From NCBI GenBank assembly GCA_964016885.1, contig OZ024747.1, positions 6,696,001-6,760,000 on the forward strand: a stretch of 64,000 bases of DNA. Reading direction: 5' to 3'. This DNA comes from Eledone cirrhosa (taxonomy: Eukaryota). Positions 42,284 to 56,097 of this stretch are shown piece after piece (the stretch's first letter is position 1; every line of letters begins with the position of its first letter). The notes beneath the pieces were generated by a model. It saw nothing but the letters and a program-made list of their open reading frames with translations. It did no database searches and was not told where the DNA came from. The position numbers and the translations under genes were made by a program.

Positions 42284-43152
42284 AAGTCCCACCAACGCAC
42301 TTGGGATGCCATCCAGTGCAGCCTGGCCTCAGACAGGCTCACGCGCCAGCTCGACCAGCACCACCTTGCTTGTTTTCGTGCGGCCTCCAAACCCCACAGT
42401 GGTGCCTGGCTCCATGCCCTGGCCTCCTTCTTCACTGGCACGCAGCTAGACAACCATAGCCTGCGAATCGGCGTTTCCCTGAGGCTCGGCCTCCGGATCT
42501 GCCAGCCACACCCATGTCGCTGCGGTTCCACCGTGGACTCTTTCGGCCTCCACCCGCTTTCCTGTCGCCACAGTGCCGGCCGAATTCCACGCCATGCTGC
42601 CCTCAACGAGGTCATTAAGCATGGCTTGGACGCTGCAGGCTTCCCTTCCCAGCTCGAGCCGGTGGGGCTGGATGGAGGGGACGGCAAAAGGCCAGATGGC
42701 ATGACCATCTTCCCGTTCCGCGGTGACAACCCCCTCGTCTGGGATGCCACTTGCATCGACACTTTCTGCAACCGCAACCTGGTGCAGTTTGCGACTGACC
42801 CAGGTTCTGCTGCACGTCGGGATGAGGGGGCCAGACTCCTCAAATACTGGTCGCTCTCCGACAGGTTTGCGGTCGTTCCCCTGGCAGTGGAGACTTCTGG
42901 TGTCCTCGGCCCCAGGGCTACCTCCTTACTCACCACCATAGGCGCTGAGCTGGCCAGCCGCAGGTGTGACCCCCGCGAGTTGGAGGGGATTTTCCAGCGC
43001 GTCTCCCTTTCCATCCTCCGGGGAAACGCCTTCTCCATTCTGTCCGCCGGGGCTGTGGGTGGGCCCCATCGCGTACCAATACATTAGTTAAATACCATTT
43101 CATCTGATAAAACACAATAAAGACTAAAGTGTTTAAAAAAACAAAAAAAAAA
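42284..43152 (+). mobile_element. 5'-truncated CRE-clade non-LTR retrotransposon (zinc knuckle + restriction-like endonuclease)
   Basis: Uninterrupted frame to TAG at 43085-43087 with SGAWLHAL, LRIGVSLRLG, C-X1-C-X9-H-X3-C knuckle, RH..LN, KRPDG...VWDATC (PD..D), KY and PLAVETSG motifs. Short 3' UTR with AATAAA and A-rich tail 43135-43152. GC-rich island within TA/TG microsatellite. Confidence 0.88.
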
Positions 43153-43179
43153 TTGATGTTATATATAAATATATATATA

Positions 43180-43271
<92 letters not shown>

Positions 43272-43447
43272 AGAGCAACAGAAGCAAAGATATGTTCAGG
43301 AGACAGTGAAGGAATGAGTGAGTGAAGAGAAGTGATGAAGAAAGAACAGGAGAGAGAGGGGGGGGAATAGAAGGAAAGATAGACTGACAGACAGACAATA
43401 GAAGGAAGATGAGAAAAGATGAAAAGTGTAAAAGTGTGTATTTATGG

Positions 43448-43503
<56 letters not shown>

Positions 43504-43586
43504 GAGGGAAAGAGAGGGAAAAGAGAGGGGGGGATTTGAAAGAGACTGTAAGAGGTGGTTGAAAATGAGGCACAACAGTGACTGGA

Positions 43587-43845
43587 CGGTGGTGGTGGTA
43601 GTGGTGGTGGTGGTGGTGGTGGTGGTGGTGGTGGTGGTGGTGGCGGCGGTGGTGGCCATGTGGTGGTGGTGGTGGTGGTGGTGGTGGCGGCGGCGGTGGT
43701 GGTGGTGGTGGTGGTGGCGGCGGCGGCGGTGGTGGCCATGTGGTGGTGGTGGTGGCGGCGACGGTGGTGGCGATCTTGTGGTGGTGGTGGTGATGGTGAG
43801 GAGGGGGGGGGGGGGGGAGAAGAAGAAGAAGAAGAAGAGAAGGAG
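43587..43845. repeat. (GGT/GGC)n and (GAA)n repeats
   Basis: Directly visible. Confidence 0.9.
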
Positions 43846-44239
43846 GAGCAATGACAACAAACAACAGTAACATGTCGACGATACTATAGCAGCTATTTTA
43901 TAGTGGTCGTAAGTGGAATAAGAGAGAGAGAGAGAGGGGGAAACAGAGAGAGAGGGGTGGAGAAAGAGAGAGAGTGTGTGTGACAGAGAAGAGAGAGAGA
44001 GAGAGAGAGGGCGGAGAGAGAGAAGAAAGAATTAATGAATGAAGGAATTCCAAGAAGCGTGTGGTCCAGTGAAGGAGAGATAGAAACAACAACAACAAAA
44101 TAAGAAAGAAAACGAAAGTAAAAGTATCTTGGTTCGCCTGACTATAAAAATGAAGCAGTGCGCATGTGCATAAATCACTTACTGCATCCACTTCTCCAAC
44201 AGTGGATACGAAGAAATGCAGCTTCCGCTCAGCCACAGA

Positions 44240-44288
44240 TACACACACACACACACACACACAGGCACATACACAGGCACGCGCGCGC

Positions 44289-44370
<82 letters not shown>

Positions 44371-44393
44371 CAACACACAGGTCAATACACAGG

Positions 44394-44434
<41 letters not shown>

Positions 44435-44457
44435 CAACACACAGGTCAATACACAGG

Positions 44458-44508
<51 letters not shown>

Positions 44509-46405
44509 CAGCACACACTAACACACACAGACACATACTCACACAGGCACACACACATATACACACACACACACCAACACACATACCAACACACACTCCA
44601 CCACACAACAACACACACCAACACACACACACCAACACACACCACCACACATAAACACATCAACACACACACACCAACACATACACACCAACACATACAC
44701 CACACACACACACATACCAACACACACCAACACACACCACCACATACACACACACACCAACACGCACACACCAACACACACACACACCAACACACACACA
44801 CCACACCAACACCAACACACACCACCACATACACACACCAACACACACCAACACACCAACACATACCAACACACACCAACACACACATACACCCCAACAC
44901 ATACCAACACACACCAACACACACCAACACACCAACACACACCAACACACACCAACACACACCAACACACCAACACACACCAACACACACCAACACACAC
45001 CAACACACACCAACACACCAACACACACCAACACACCAACACACACCAACACACACCAACACACCAACACACACCAACACACCAACACACACCAACACAC
45101 ACCAACACACCAACACACACCAACACACACCAACACACACTAACACACCAACACCACCAACACACACCAACACACACCAACACACCAACACACACCAACA
45201 CACACCAACACACACCAACACACCAACACACACCAACACATACCAACACACCAACACACACCAACACACACCAACACACCAACACACACCAACACACACC
45301 AACAGACACCAACACACCAACACACACCAACACATACCAACACACACCAACACACACCAACACACACCACCACATACACACACCAACACACACCAACACA
45401 CACTAACACACACTAACACACCAACATACACCAACACACCAACACACACCAACACACACTAACACACACCAACACACACCAACACACCAACATACACCAA
45501 CACACCAACACACACCAACACACACCAAGACACACCAACACACACCAACACACCAACACACCAACACACACCAACACACACACACACCAACACACCAACA
45601 CACACCAACACACACCAACACAACACCAACACACCAACACACACACACACCAACACACACCAACACACACCAACACACCAACATACACCAACACACCAAC
45701 ACACACCAACACACACCAACACACCAACACACACCAACACACACCAACACACACACACACACACCAACACACACCAACACACACCAACACACCACCAACA
45801 CACCACCAACACACCAACACACACACACACCAACACACACCAACACACACCAACACACACCAACACACCAACACACACACACACCAACACACCAACACAC
45901 ACCAACACACACCAACACACACCAACACACCAACACACACCAACACACACCAACACACACCAACACACACCAACACACACCAACACACACACACACACCA
46001 ACACACACCAACACACACCAACACACCACCAACACACCAACACACACACACACCAACACACACCAACACACACCAACACACACCAACACACCAACACACA
46101 CACACACCAACACACCAACACACACCAACACACACCAACACACCAACACACACCAACACACACCAACACACACACACACCAACACACCAACACACACCAA
46201 CACACACCAACACACGACCAACACACCAACACTCACACACACCAACACACACCAACACACACCAACACACACCAACACACCAACACACACCAACACACAC
46301 CAACACACCACCAACACACCAACACACACACACACCAACACACCAACACACACCAACACACCAACACACCAACACACCAACACACCAACACACACCAACA
46401 CACAC
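44240..46405. repeat. (CA)n grading into (ACACACCAAC/ACACCAAC)n satellite
   Basis: Directly visible. Confidence 0.96.
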
Positions 46406-46572
46406 CTGTGTGAGAATATCAGTTGTTAAACGTCCTTCATCCACCTCCATTATTTACCAAATACACTGGGTAATTGCTGGCCTTGTGCCTAAAGTAGAAA
46501 CAATTATTTACCACTTCACCTCATTTTCTACCTCCAAAATTTTCTTCCTATTTTTTTTGTGTATGTGTATGT

Positions 46573-46603
<31 letters not shown>

Positions 46604-46614
46604 GCATTTTCATT

Positions 46615-46782
46615 TGGGTCAGATGCCATACGTTGCAGCATAGAGTTACGTCCCTTTATAATCTGAGTTCAAATCCCGCCGAGGTTAACTTTGCCTTTCA
46701 TTCTTACGGGGTCGATAAAATAAAGTACCAGTAATGTACTGGGTATTTGCTGGCCTTGTGCCAAAAGTAGAAACAATTATTT
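46615..46782 (+). mobile_element. tRNA SINE (family 1)
   Basis: gagttcaaatcccgccgaggttaactttgcctttcattcttacggggtcgataaaataaagtacc...gtagaaacaattatt. Confidence 0.85.
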
Positions 46783-46801
46783 TTATCACTATTACTACTA
46801 C

Positions 46802-46860
<59 letters not shown>

Positions 46861-46982
46861 TACTCGATATATATATATATACATATATACACCATAGCAA
46901 TATATATATATACATCATAGCAATATATATATAAATATATACACCATAGCAATATATATATATACACCATAGCAATATATAT

Positions 46983-47152
46983 ATGATGTATGGTGGCTGC
47001 CAACTCGTTTTCGAGTACGGCCACTACTTTATATCCATGTAGTAGAACCCCTACTGATGCGCTGAACGAGTGTGACCTTTTAGTCCAGCCAGCGACTTGA
47101 ACACTCTGGTACAAACACTACACCTGTGACAATTATTGACACATAGTGCTAG

Positions 47153-47153
<1 letters not shown>
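46983..47153 (-). mobile_element. RTE-like LINE 3' fragment encoding terminal C2H2 zinc finger
   Basis: Minus: HRCSVCTRVFKSLAGLKGHTRSAHQ* then a short 3' UTR, embedded in (TA)n. A C-terminal C..C.R.F.S..GL..H.R.H finger occurs in some RTE-clade ORFs. Confidence 0.65.
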
Positions 47154-47230
<77 letters not shown>

Positions 47231-47237
<7 letters not shown>

Positions 47238-47539
47238 ACAATATATATATAAACGGAAAAAATGAAACGAAATTTCATTTCCCACTCTTAGTACGGCTGT
47301 TACTTAAATATAAGTACACGTACTTAAATATAAGTATGTACACGTACATACATATATGTATACAGACGCACAGTAGTATGTATATATATATACATACATA
47401 CATGCACACATATATATATATGTACGCATGGATTCACCGAACATTTATTTTAATGCTCGGTGTGTTTGTAAACAAACATCCCGTATTAAGCCGTAGTGTC
47501 CAGCAACCATGCGTACATATATATATATGTGTGTGCATG

Positions 47540-47582
<43 letters not shown>

Positions 47583-47683
47583 TACTGTGCGTCTGTATAC
47601 ATATATGTATGTACGTGTACATACTTATATTTAAGTAACAGCCGTTTCATTTTTTCCGTTTATATATATATATTGTTATGATG
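47231..47683. repeat. imperfect fold-back palindrome between (TA)n tracts
   Basis: Arms ~47231-47431 and 47507-47683 are reverse complements (the left arm has two small insertions); 75-bp spacer. Confidence 0.85.
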
Positions 47684-47774
47684 TATATATATATATATAC
47701 ATCATATATATTTTGCTATGGTGTATATATATATATATTGGTATGATGTATGTATATATATATATATAGTTATG

Positions 47775-47836
<62 letters not shown>

Positions 47837-48424
47837 GAAGACCACATTGAATATATATATATACACATATATATATTTGTATGGGTGTGTATATATATAT
47901 ATATATATATAATTGCATGTTTATGTAATATAAACATGTGTAAAGACAACGTTGTGTCGTTCTCACACGGTTGCTGCAATTGATGTAATATGATCACAGC
48001 TTAAAACATTCATAGCGAGAATTTATAGATGTTTATTACACATAAACATATTGTATATGTCTCCATATACATCTCTATTATAAATCACGCTATGTTAGTG
48101 CTATTGCTAATTAATCCTAGCCAGATAGTTCACATTATATGCAAATGAGTATTCCCAGCTGATGTTTTACACGCAAAAAATATATAAACTATACGCGACC
48201 TGCAGGAAATTGTGGTCAAATTTTCCTTAAAATCTACTCCAACATCTAAATAAAGAGTTAAATATCCGGCCTGAATATAATATGCCAGCAAAGAAGACTA
48301 CGACTCGTCTCCAGAGATCACCTTCAGCTACACATATATCGACAGTCGATTGACTTTTGTCAAATCGGACCGAGGAAACAATGTTTCCGTTGGTGTTTCC
48401 AATTGCTAATGCTCTCTATCGGTC

Positions 48425-48557
48425 GCAATTCCAGGTAGAAGGAGCAACGTGAAATAAAGTGTCTTGCTCAATGACATAATGCATCGCCCGGTCTAGGAAT
48501 CGAACAACCTCACGATTGCGAATCCAATTCTCTAACCACTGAGCCACGCGCCTTCAC
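48425..48557 (-). mobile_element. CORE-type tRNA SINE
   Basis: Minus head gaaggcgcgtggctcagtggttagag...gttcgattcc, CORE-like tgtcattgagcaagacactttatttcacg. Confidence 0.8.
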
Positions 48558-48657
48558 TCCACATATACCTAGTTATCAAAACCTCCACAGATCTCCCTCA
48601 GCCCCACATATATAGCTATCAAAAGCTCCACAGATCCCCTTCAATTCCACATATATA

Positions 48658-48837
48658 CCGTATTTTCGGGGGTCGAAGCTGCTGCTGTTTTTTTCTAAAA
48701 TAAGTCTCTAAAATCTCCCATGCGACCTGGAGGCCAAAGGTTGTTTATTTATTATTATTTTTTTTTTTTTTTATTTTGGTTGTCAAAATTAGGGTGCGTC
48801 CTCGAGGACGAAGCGTCTTCGGTGCCGGGAAATACGG
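48658..48837. mobile_element. Tc1/mariner-superfamily (Tc2/pogo-like) MITE inserted in a ~42-bp minisatellite
   Basis: TA|ccgtattttc ... gaaatacgg|TA. The flanking tatagctatcaaaagctccacagatc units (48557-48930) are interrupted by it. Confidence 0.75.
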
Positions 48838-49675
48838 TAGTTATCAAAAGCTCCACAGATCCTCTCCAACTCCCTATATATAGCTATCAAAACCTCCACA
48901 GGTCACCCTCAGCTCCACATATATAGAGTTATGAAAACTTTAAAAATAAAGCACAGTGAAACCAATTTTATCAAGGAACAGAATCACGGCTTTCAGAATT
49001 TAAAAAAAAAAACTTAATCAACCACATTGAAACTGCAGTACATATTTTCGACCAAATAAGTTTAGATGCATCCCCCCACCCCCACCCCCCACCCAAAAGA
49101 AACCTATCCCACAAAGCAACATAAAACATACAACTCTAATTACACCCCAGAAATAGCCATCTCCATAAAACCCAGAGAGAACTTCAAACACTTAGAAAAA
49201 CAGAAATCTGTCAAACATTTTTATGCAGCATAAATCACAAAACTAACAGTAAAGCGCTATATAGAGTAACTCGATATTGTTTCTAACACCTGCAAACAAC
49301 GTCAGAGCATGACAGAAGTTACAGGTACACAGAAACTGTCACACCACACTTCATGTCAAAATATCATAACAACCTTAAATAATATACCCACACTACAACC
49401 ACAAGTAAACGCTGCCACCAACAATTACCCGAAGAGTACTAGACCACAAAACGAAAGAATACCCATTTTTCGCCTACATAATGATTCTAACCCCTTCTTT
49501 CCATCAATCATAGGAAAACCTACAACCTCGAAAACCTTATGGCCAGATAAAATTACAAACATATACCTAAAATCACATAGAGCCTGAAAGAATCCCTACA
49601 CTAGTCAACATCTACAGCTGGTTGTACCAAAACTGTCAACTTTTAAAACCCCCAAGAATCTGAAAGCGGGGCAAA

Positions 49676-49897
49676 ATAATGGTTTCTGATTTAGGCACAA
49701 GGCCAACAATTTTTTGAGGGGAGGATAAAGTCGATTAAATCAACCCAGTATGCTACTGGTACTTTATTCAATCGACTCCGTAAGAATGAAAGACAAAGCT
49801 AACCTCAGCGGGATTTGAACTCAGAATGTAAAGGGCTGTAACTATATACCGCAAAGCATGTTGGCCGACGCTCTTCCGATATTGCCAATCCACCGCT
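49676..49897 (-). mobile_element. full-length tRNA SINE (family 1)
   Basis: Reverse-complement homologue of 28728-28942. Confidence 0.85.
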
Positions 49898-50199
49898 CTC
49901 AAAGCAGTACTAAAGGCGAACAACAATCAGGTGAAATAATATCCAACAGACCCATCACCCTCTCATGTGTACACCTTCAAACATTCTAGAAAGACTAATC
50001 CTTGATGTCACTAACTCACATATACCCTTCCTCTCTCTAAACCGTAACATGGATTTAGACTACAACACTCAGTAGCATAGCTGCTGGAAGGTCTTCCACC
50101 TTGAGCAATACTTTCATGGGGAGAACACTTTAAAAGGAAGTTATTGAGCAATATGATTTATTTTGTTGTGGGCGGCCAGGCGACGAGGTGGGGGGGGGG

Positions 50200-50545
50200 G
50201 TCACCTTGCCTGATGATGTCTCGAGGAATTACATGGGACTTACAGCGAATATTTTCAAGAAAAGGTTTACTTAGCATATGCTTTCTTTCGGATCCAAGGA
50301 CAAGTAAAATCTCCCAATAACATTTTATCTGGAGACCCCGGGACCAAGGAAACTGCTTGCCAAAGTATACTTGGGATATTCTCGACGAGGCACTCCTTTT
50401 ACTCATCCTGAGCGCTTAACTGCCATCTTATTCTCTATGAGAAACTGTATATAATGTTTCAGTCTATTGTATCCCTTAACAAGAAAACTGAACTTTCATA
50501 CCGCTGCAACCAACAGAGGTCTCTGTTAGCTAATTTTAAGTCACT
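50200..50545 (+). pseudogene. decayed Penelope-like element GIY-YIG endonuclease C-terminal half
   Basis: With stops and frameshifts: NYMGLTANIFKKRFT*HMLSF...HFIW...YTWDILDEA...NCHLILYEKLYI...SLNKKTELSYRCNQQRSLLANFK. This matches the PLE pattern YIG.T...FK.R...H..SF, IW, W.IL, C.LC..EK..I, LNKR.EL...C.H. Confidence 0.75.
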
Positions 50546-50898
50546 AGTTGTTAAATCTGAAAAATAATAAAGCAATATCTTGGGTCAGAATGGCCTCTCA
50601 TACTGTTGCTACCCACTAGGTCCGTCCTTATAATACTTAGCAGGTAAATTGGTGGCTCCTGCATGTAACACGAAGTGGCCAACCAGATCAAATCACTCTT
50701 ATCCAATAATAATCAACCTTATATTGAAGCTGTAACTCACTTATAACTTAGTATAATCGTATTCCAACAACCAGGCGTGATTTTTGCCTGTGGAACTTTT
50801 AGTAATGCAAATCTGAAGCAAACTGTTAATACAATTATTTAACCATTTAACCTCCATGGCGTGATCAGAGTTCTATCCGTTCGTTTGTAGACTCTGTG

Positions 50899-50984
<86 letters not shown>

Positions 50985-50986
<2 letters not shown>

Positions 50987-51030
50987 AGGAAAAGGTATGA
51001 CCCCGACGGCAGAGCTCAAGCCGTTTCGAT
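50985..51030 (-). mobile_element. third fragment of the 13533/14049 hammerhead family
   Basis: Minus: tcGAAACggcttgagctctgccGTCggggtcataccttttcctat, between (TA)n tracts. Confidence 0.8.
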
Positions 51031-51073
51031 ATATATATATACATATACATATATATCATATATATATATATAT

Positions 51074-51318
51074 ATTAGAAAATAGAATAGTTTTCACCGT
51101 ATTTTTGACTAAAGGAATTTTAGCCTGATAATGGGGTTTAGAACCCTCAGATAAATGGAAAAAGATGTACATGTACGTCAATACTCATCTTTTTCCATTT
51201 CTCTGAGGGTTCTAAACCCCATTATCAGGCTAAAATTTCTTTAGTCAAAAATACGGTGAAACCTATTCTATTTTCTAATTTCAAACCTGCTCACTGTTTC
51301 AAAACATACTTACTTGAT
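51074..51318. mobile_element. asymmetric fold-back element between (TA)n tracts
   Basis: 94-bp arms 51074-51167 / 51186-51279 with about 3 mismatches; the right arm extends ~37 nt further. Confidence 0.8.
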
Positions 51319-51334
51319 ATATATATAAGGGAAC

Positions 51335-51384
<50 letters not shown>

Positions 51385-51767
51385 GTTCCCTTTTCGTTTC
51401 TGTTCTCTCGTCTCCATGTATTTCTAAAGAACTTTCAGAACTTTTTCTGAAACGCCATAACATTTTTTATCACTTCTCGTGAGTGTCAAACTAATAAGTT
51501 TGATTTGTATTATATTCTATCTTGTTGTCGTTTTTTGTTGTTACTCATTCCGTGTGTGTATGTGTGTGAGTCTGCATGTGTGAGTTCATGTATGTATGTA
51601 TGTGCGTATTTCTTTTTCATTCTAAGTTGAGTCTATTCAATTATCGTAGCTAGCAGTTTCGTGATGCCGATGCTCACACAATTAAGAAATTCTTCTGACA
51701 CGATATTTTTTTGTTTCATTTTTTTTATTTATTTTTTTTATATTCAAGATTTGCAGAGAGAGAATGT

Positions 51768-53450
51768 AACAGCTGAGGTACCCGTCTTGACATACGTTGT
51801 GTGGTTACAATATTGAACAAAGCTCTACAAAGTTGTAATGACGCTAAGATTGATTTATATGACAGTTGAGGTACCCGTCTTGATATACGTTGTGTGGTTA
51901 CAATATTGAACAAAGCTCTACAAAGTTGTAATGACGCTAAGATTGATTTATATGACAGTTGAGGTACCCGTCTTGACATACGTTGTGTGGTTACAATATT
52001 GAACAAAGCTCTACAAAGTTGTAATGACGCTAAGATTGATTTATATGACAGTTGAGGTACCCGTCTTGACATACGTTGTGTGGTTACAATATTGAACAAA
52101 GCTCTACAAAGTTGCAATGACGCTAAGATTGATTTATATGACAGTTGAGGTACTCGTCTTGATATACGTTGTGTGGTTACAATATTGAACAAAGCTCTAC
52201 AAAGTTGCAATGACACTAAGATTGATTTATATGACAGTTGAGGTACCCGTCTTGACATACGTTGTGTGGTTACAATATTGAACAAAGCACTACAAAGTTG
52301 TAATGACGCTAAGATTGATTTATATGACAGTTGAGGTACCCGTCTTGACATACGTTGTGTGGTTACAATATTGAACAAAGCACTACAAAGTTGTAATGAC
52401 GCTAAGATTGATTTATATGACAGTTGAGGTACCCGTCTGGATATACGTTGTGTGGTTACAATATTGAACAAAGCACTACAAAGTTGTAATGACGCTAAGA
52501 TTGATTTATATGACAGTTGAGGTACCCGTCTTGATATACGCTGTGTGGTTACAATATTGAACAAAGCACTACAAAGTTGTAATGACGCTAAGATTGATTT
52601 ATATGACAGTTGAGGTACCCGTCTTGACATACGTTGTGTGGTTACAATATTGAACAAAGCACTACAAAGTTGTAATGACGCTAAGATTGATTTATATGAC
52701 AGTTGAGGTACTCGTCTGGATATACGTTGTGTGGTTACAATATTGAACAAAGCTCTACAAAGTTGTAATGACGCTAAGATTGATTTATATGACAGTTGAG
52801 GTACCCGTCTTGATATACGTTGTGTGGTTACAATATTGAACAAAGCACTACAAAGTTGCAATGACGCTAAGATTGATTTATATGACAGTTGAGGTACCCG
52901 TCTTGACATACGTTGTGTGGTTACAATATTGAACAAAGCTCTACAAAGTTGTAATGACACGTAGATTAATTTAACTGTCGATATTTCTATATTGAGATAG
53001 TTGTCTTGTCATACGTTGTGCGGTTACAACATTGAACATTGCATTATAAAGATGTAATGACACGAAGATTAATTTAATTGTCAATATTTCTACATTGAGA
53101 TAGCCGCCTTAACATATGTCATATGTGGTTATAATATTGAACAATACATTACAAAATGGTAATGACGCTAAGATTAGCTGTTTTGACATATGTTGTTTGT
53201 GGTTACAACATTGAACAATTCATTATAAAGTCGTAATGACACGTAGATTAATTTAACATAGGTAATATGACAGTTGAGATAGTCGTCTTGACATATGTTG
53301 TATGTGGTTACAATATTGAACAAAGCTCTACAAAGTGGTAATGACACTAAGATTAGTCGTCTTGACATATGTTGTATGTGGTTACAATATTGAACAATAC
53401 ATTACAAAGTGATAATGACACGTAGATTAATTTAGCTGTCGATATTTCTA
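51768..53450. repeat. 93-bp minisatellite, ~13 conserved copies then degenerate copies
   Basis: Unit gacagttgaggtacccgtcttgacatacgttgtgtggttacaatattgaac...gatttatat; gives the 31-aa periodic ORF. Confidence 0.96.
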
Positions 53451-53566
53451 CATTTACTAAAAAACATCAACCAACAAACGTCATCAGATGTGTTATAAAT
53501 ATAAATATAAATATGAGGAATGGTATAAAAATAATTATAAAGTTATAACAGAATTATAAAAACGTC

Positions 53567-54510
<944 letters not shown>

Positions 54511-54658
54511 GTGTGTATGCATACATGTGTATATATTATATGTGTATGTATACTCCTACATACACATTATATATATTTGAGAGAGTGTGGGTAAGTGTTT
54601 GCTTTAAATATGTGTATTGTAGATTTTTGATGAAAAATATATAAAGGATAAGAAAAAG

Positions 54659-54815
54659 TATGTAAATGTGAATATATGTGAAGTGTTATCTGTGAAATCC
54701 TATGTAAATGTGAATATATGTGAAGTGTTATCTGTGAAATCCTATGTAAATGTGAATATATGTGAAGTGTTATCTGTGAAATCCTATGTAATTGCTAATA
54801 TCTGTAAAGTGTTAT
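54659..54815. repeat. 42-bp tandem repeat, about 3.5 copies
   Basis: tatgtaaatgtgaatatatgtgaagtgttatctgtgaaatcc three times plus a partial copy. Confidence 0.9.
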
Positions 54816-55086
54816 TTAGCAATTTAGATAATTGATGTTCGTGTAAATATATATATACTATATATGGCTTGCACAATATTTCAATAGAGCATTACTTTTA
54901 AGTATTAGATTGCGATAGATTGAATTCGTAACTCCTGGTGGGAGTCGTAAGGCTGCCTTGGTGATATACGGCGTTTCTTGGCTATTTTAAACTCAGCGGA
55001 GCTCAAACCTTCTCCCCGGGACTGAATACAGCCGATTTCTTCCAGAAAATGAGGGAGAGAGTGAAGGGGGCAGTGAGAGTATTTAA

Positions 55087-55306
55087 CCTTTTAGTGTTCA
55101 AACTGGCCAAAACTGGCCAGAATTCTCTACCTCTTTCTGTTGAAACTGGCTGTAACTGGCCACTCATACTGATGTTAAGGTATTGTTCTCAAAGGGAATA
55201 CTTTCAAAATCTCATAGATTCGATATTATGTAAGATAAGTATGCGAGGTAAAGCATTTACCATGAAAATATAATAGTATATATAGAATAATGTGAATGCT
55301 AAAGGG
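55087..55306. mobile_element. piggyBac-like MITE nested in a SINE
   Basis: TTAA|ccttttagtgttca ... tgaatgctaaaggg|TTAA. It splits the SINE tail (54927-55080) from the SINE body/head (55311-55435). Confidence 0.8.
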
Positions 55307-55599
55307 TTAAAGAGGTACTTTTTTTTTATCGACCTTGAAAAGAGGAAAAGCAAAGTTGACGTCGGTGAGATTTGAACTCAGAGCGCCGGAATAAATACCA
55401 AAAAGCTTTCTATCCGATGATCTAATGATTCTGCCTCTCGTTTGATTGGAGCTGACACCGTAAATATACAGTTAAACCTCAATTAACCGAACGAAACGAA
55501 TGGAAGGGGCTGAGGAGAGATTTTGTTTGAATAATTGATCGTTTGTTCGGACAACTGATCTGAGCGCAAATAAAGGAACTGAACATAAACTCCGTAGAA

Positions 55600-55667
<68 letters not shown>

Positions 55668-55867
55668 AGAGAGAGAGAGAGAGAGATGTCATGTCATTCA
55701 GTCGTTAAAATACATTCCCGTACATTTCTTTTCCACCCTGATCCAGACGTTGTGAAATCTCCAATGCCATTCCTGTTAACGTTTTCTTTCAAAAAATTCG
55801 ATTGTAATGTACTCGGAAGAAAACCGTAGATTAAACGAACACACAACTAATGTTAAAATTATTTTAA

Positions 55868-56097
55868 CTCTTTTGATACCAACCCGCCCAAAACCTGATC
55901 TGGTTCTATGGAACAAAACCGGCCATTTTAAAGGATTTCTATTTGAACTAAAAAATTTCAATATAATTTTCTATAAAAACCTTTTGATATGCTATGTTAC
56001 AAATCCTATCTTTATTATGAAACAGTCAATCTCTCTAAATTATTCATTGATTAATTCTAATACAACGTATTTCATTAGAAATATGATAATGAAAGGG
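55868..56097. mobile_element. TTAA-flanked piggyBac-like non-autonomous element
   Basis: TTAA|ctcttttgatacc ... gaaaggg|TTAA; a related element in the opposite orientation lies at ~56289-56556. Confidence 0.55.

Noticed and set aside
44140-44240. TATA-like box, NRF1-like tgcgcatgtgca and a minus-strand GTAAGT donor as a promoter or non-coding exon
   Set aside because: Short motifs in repeat-rich DNA; cannot be supported without transcript data.
49200-49660. Possible decayed retroelement ORF (A/C-rich)
   Set aside because: No diagnostic motif could be read.
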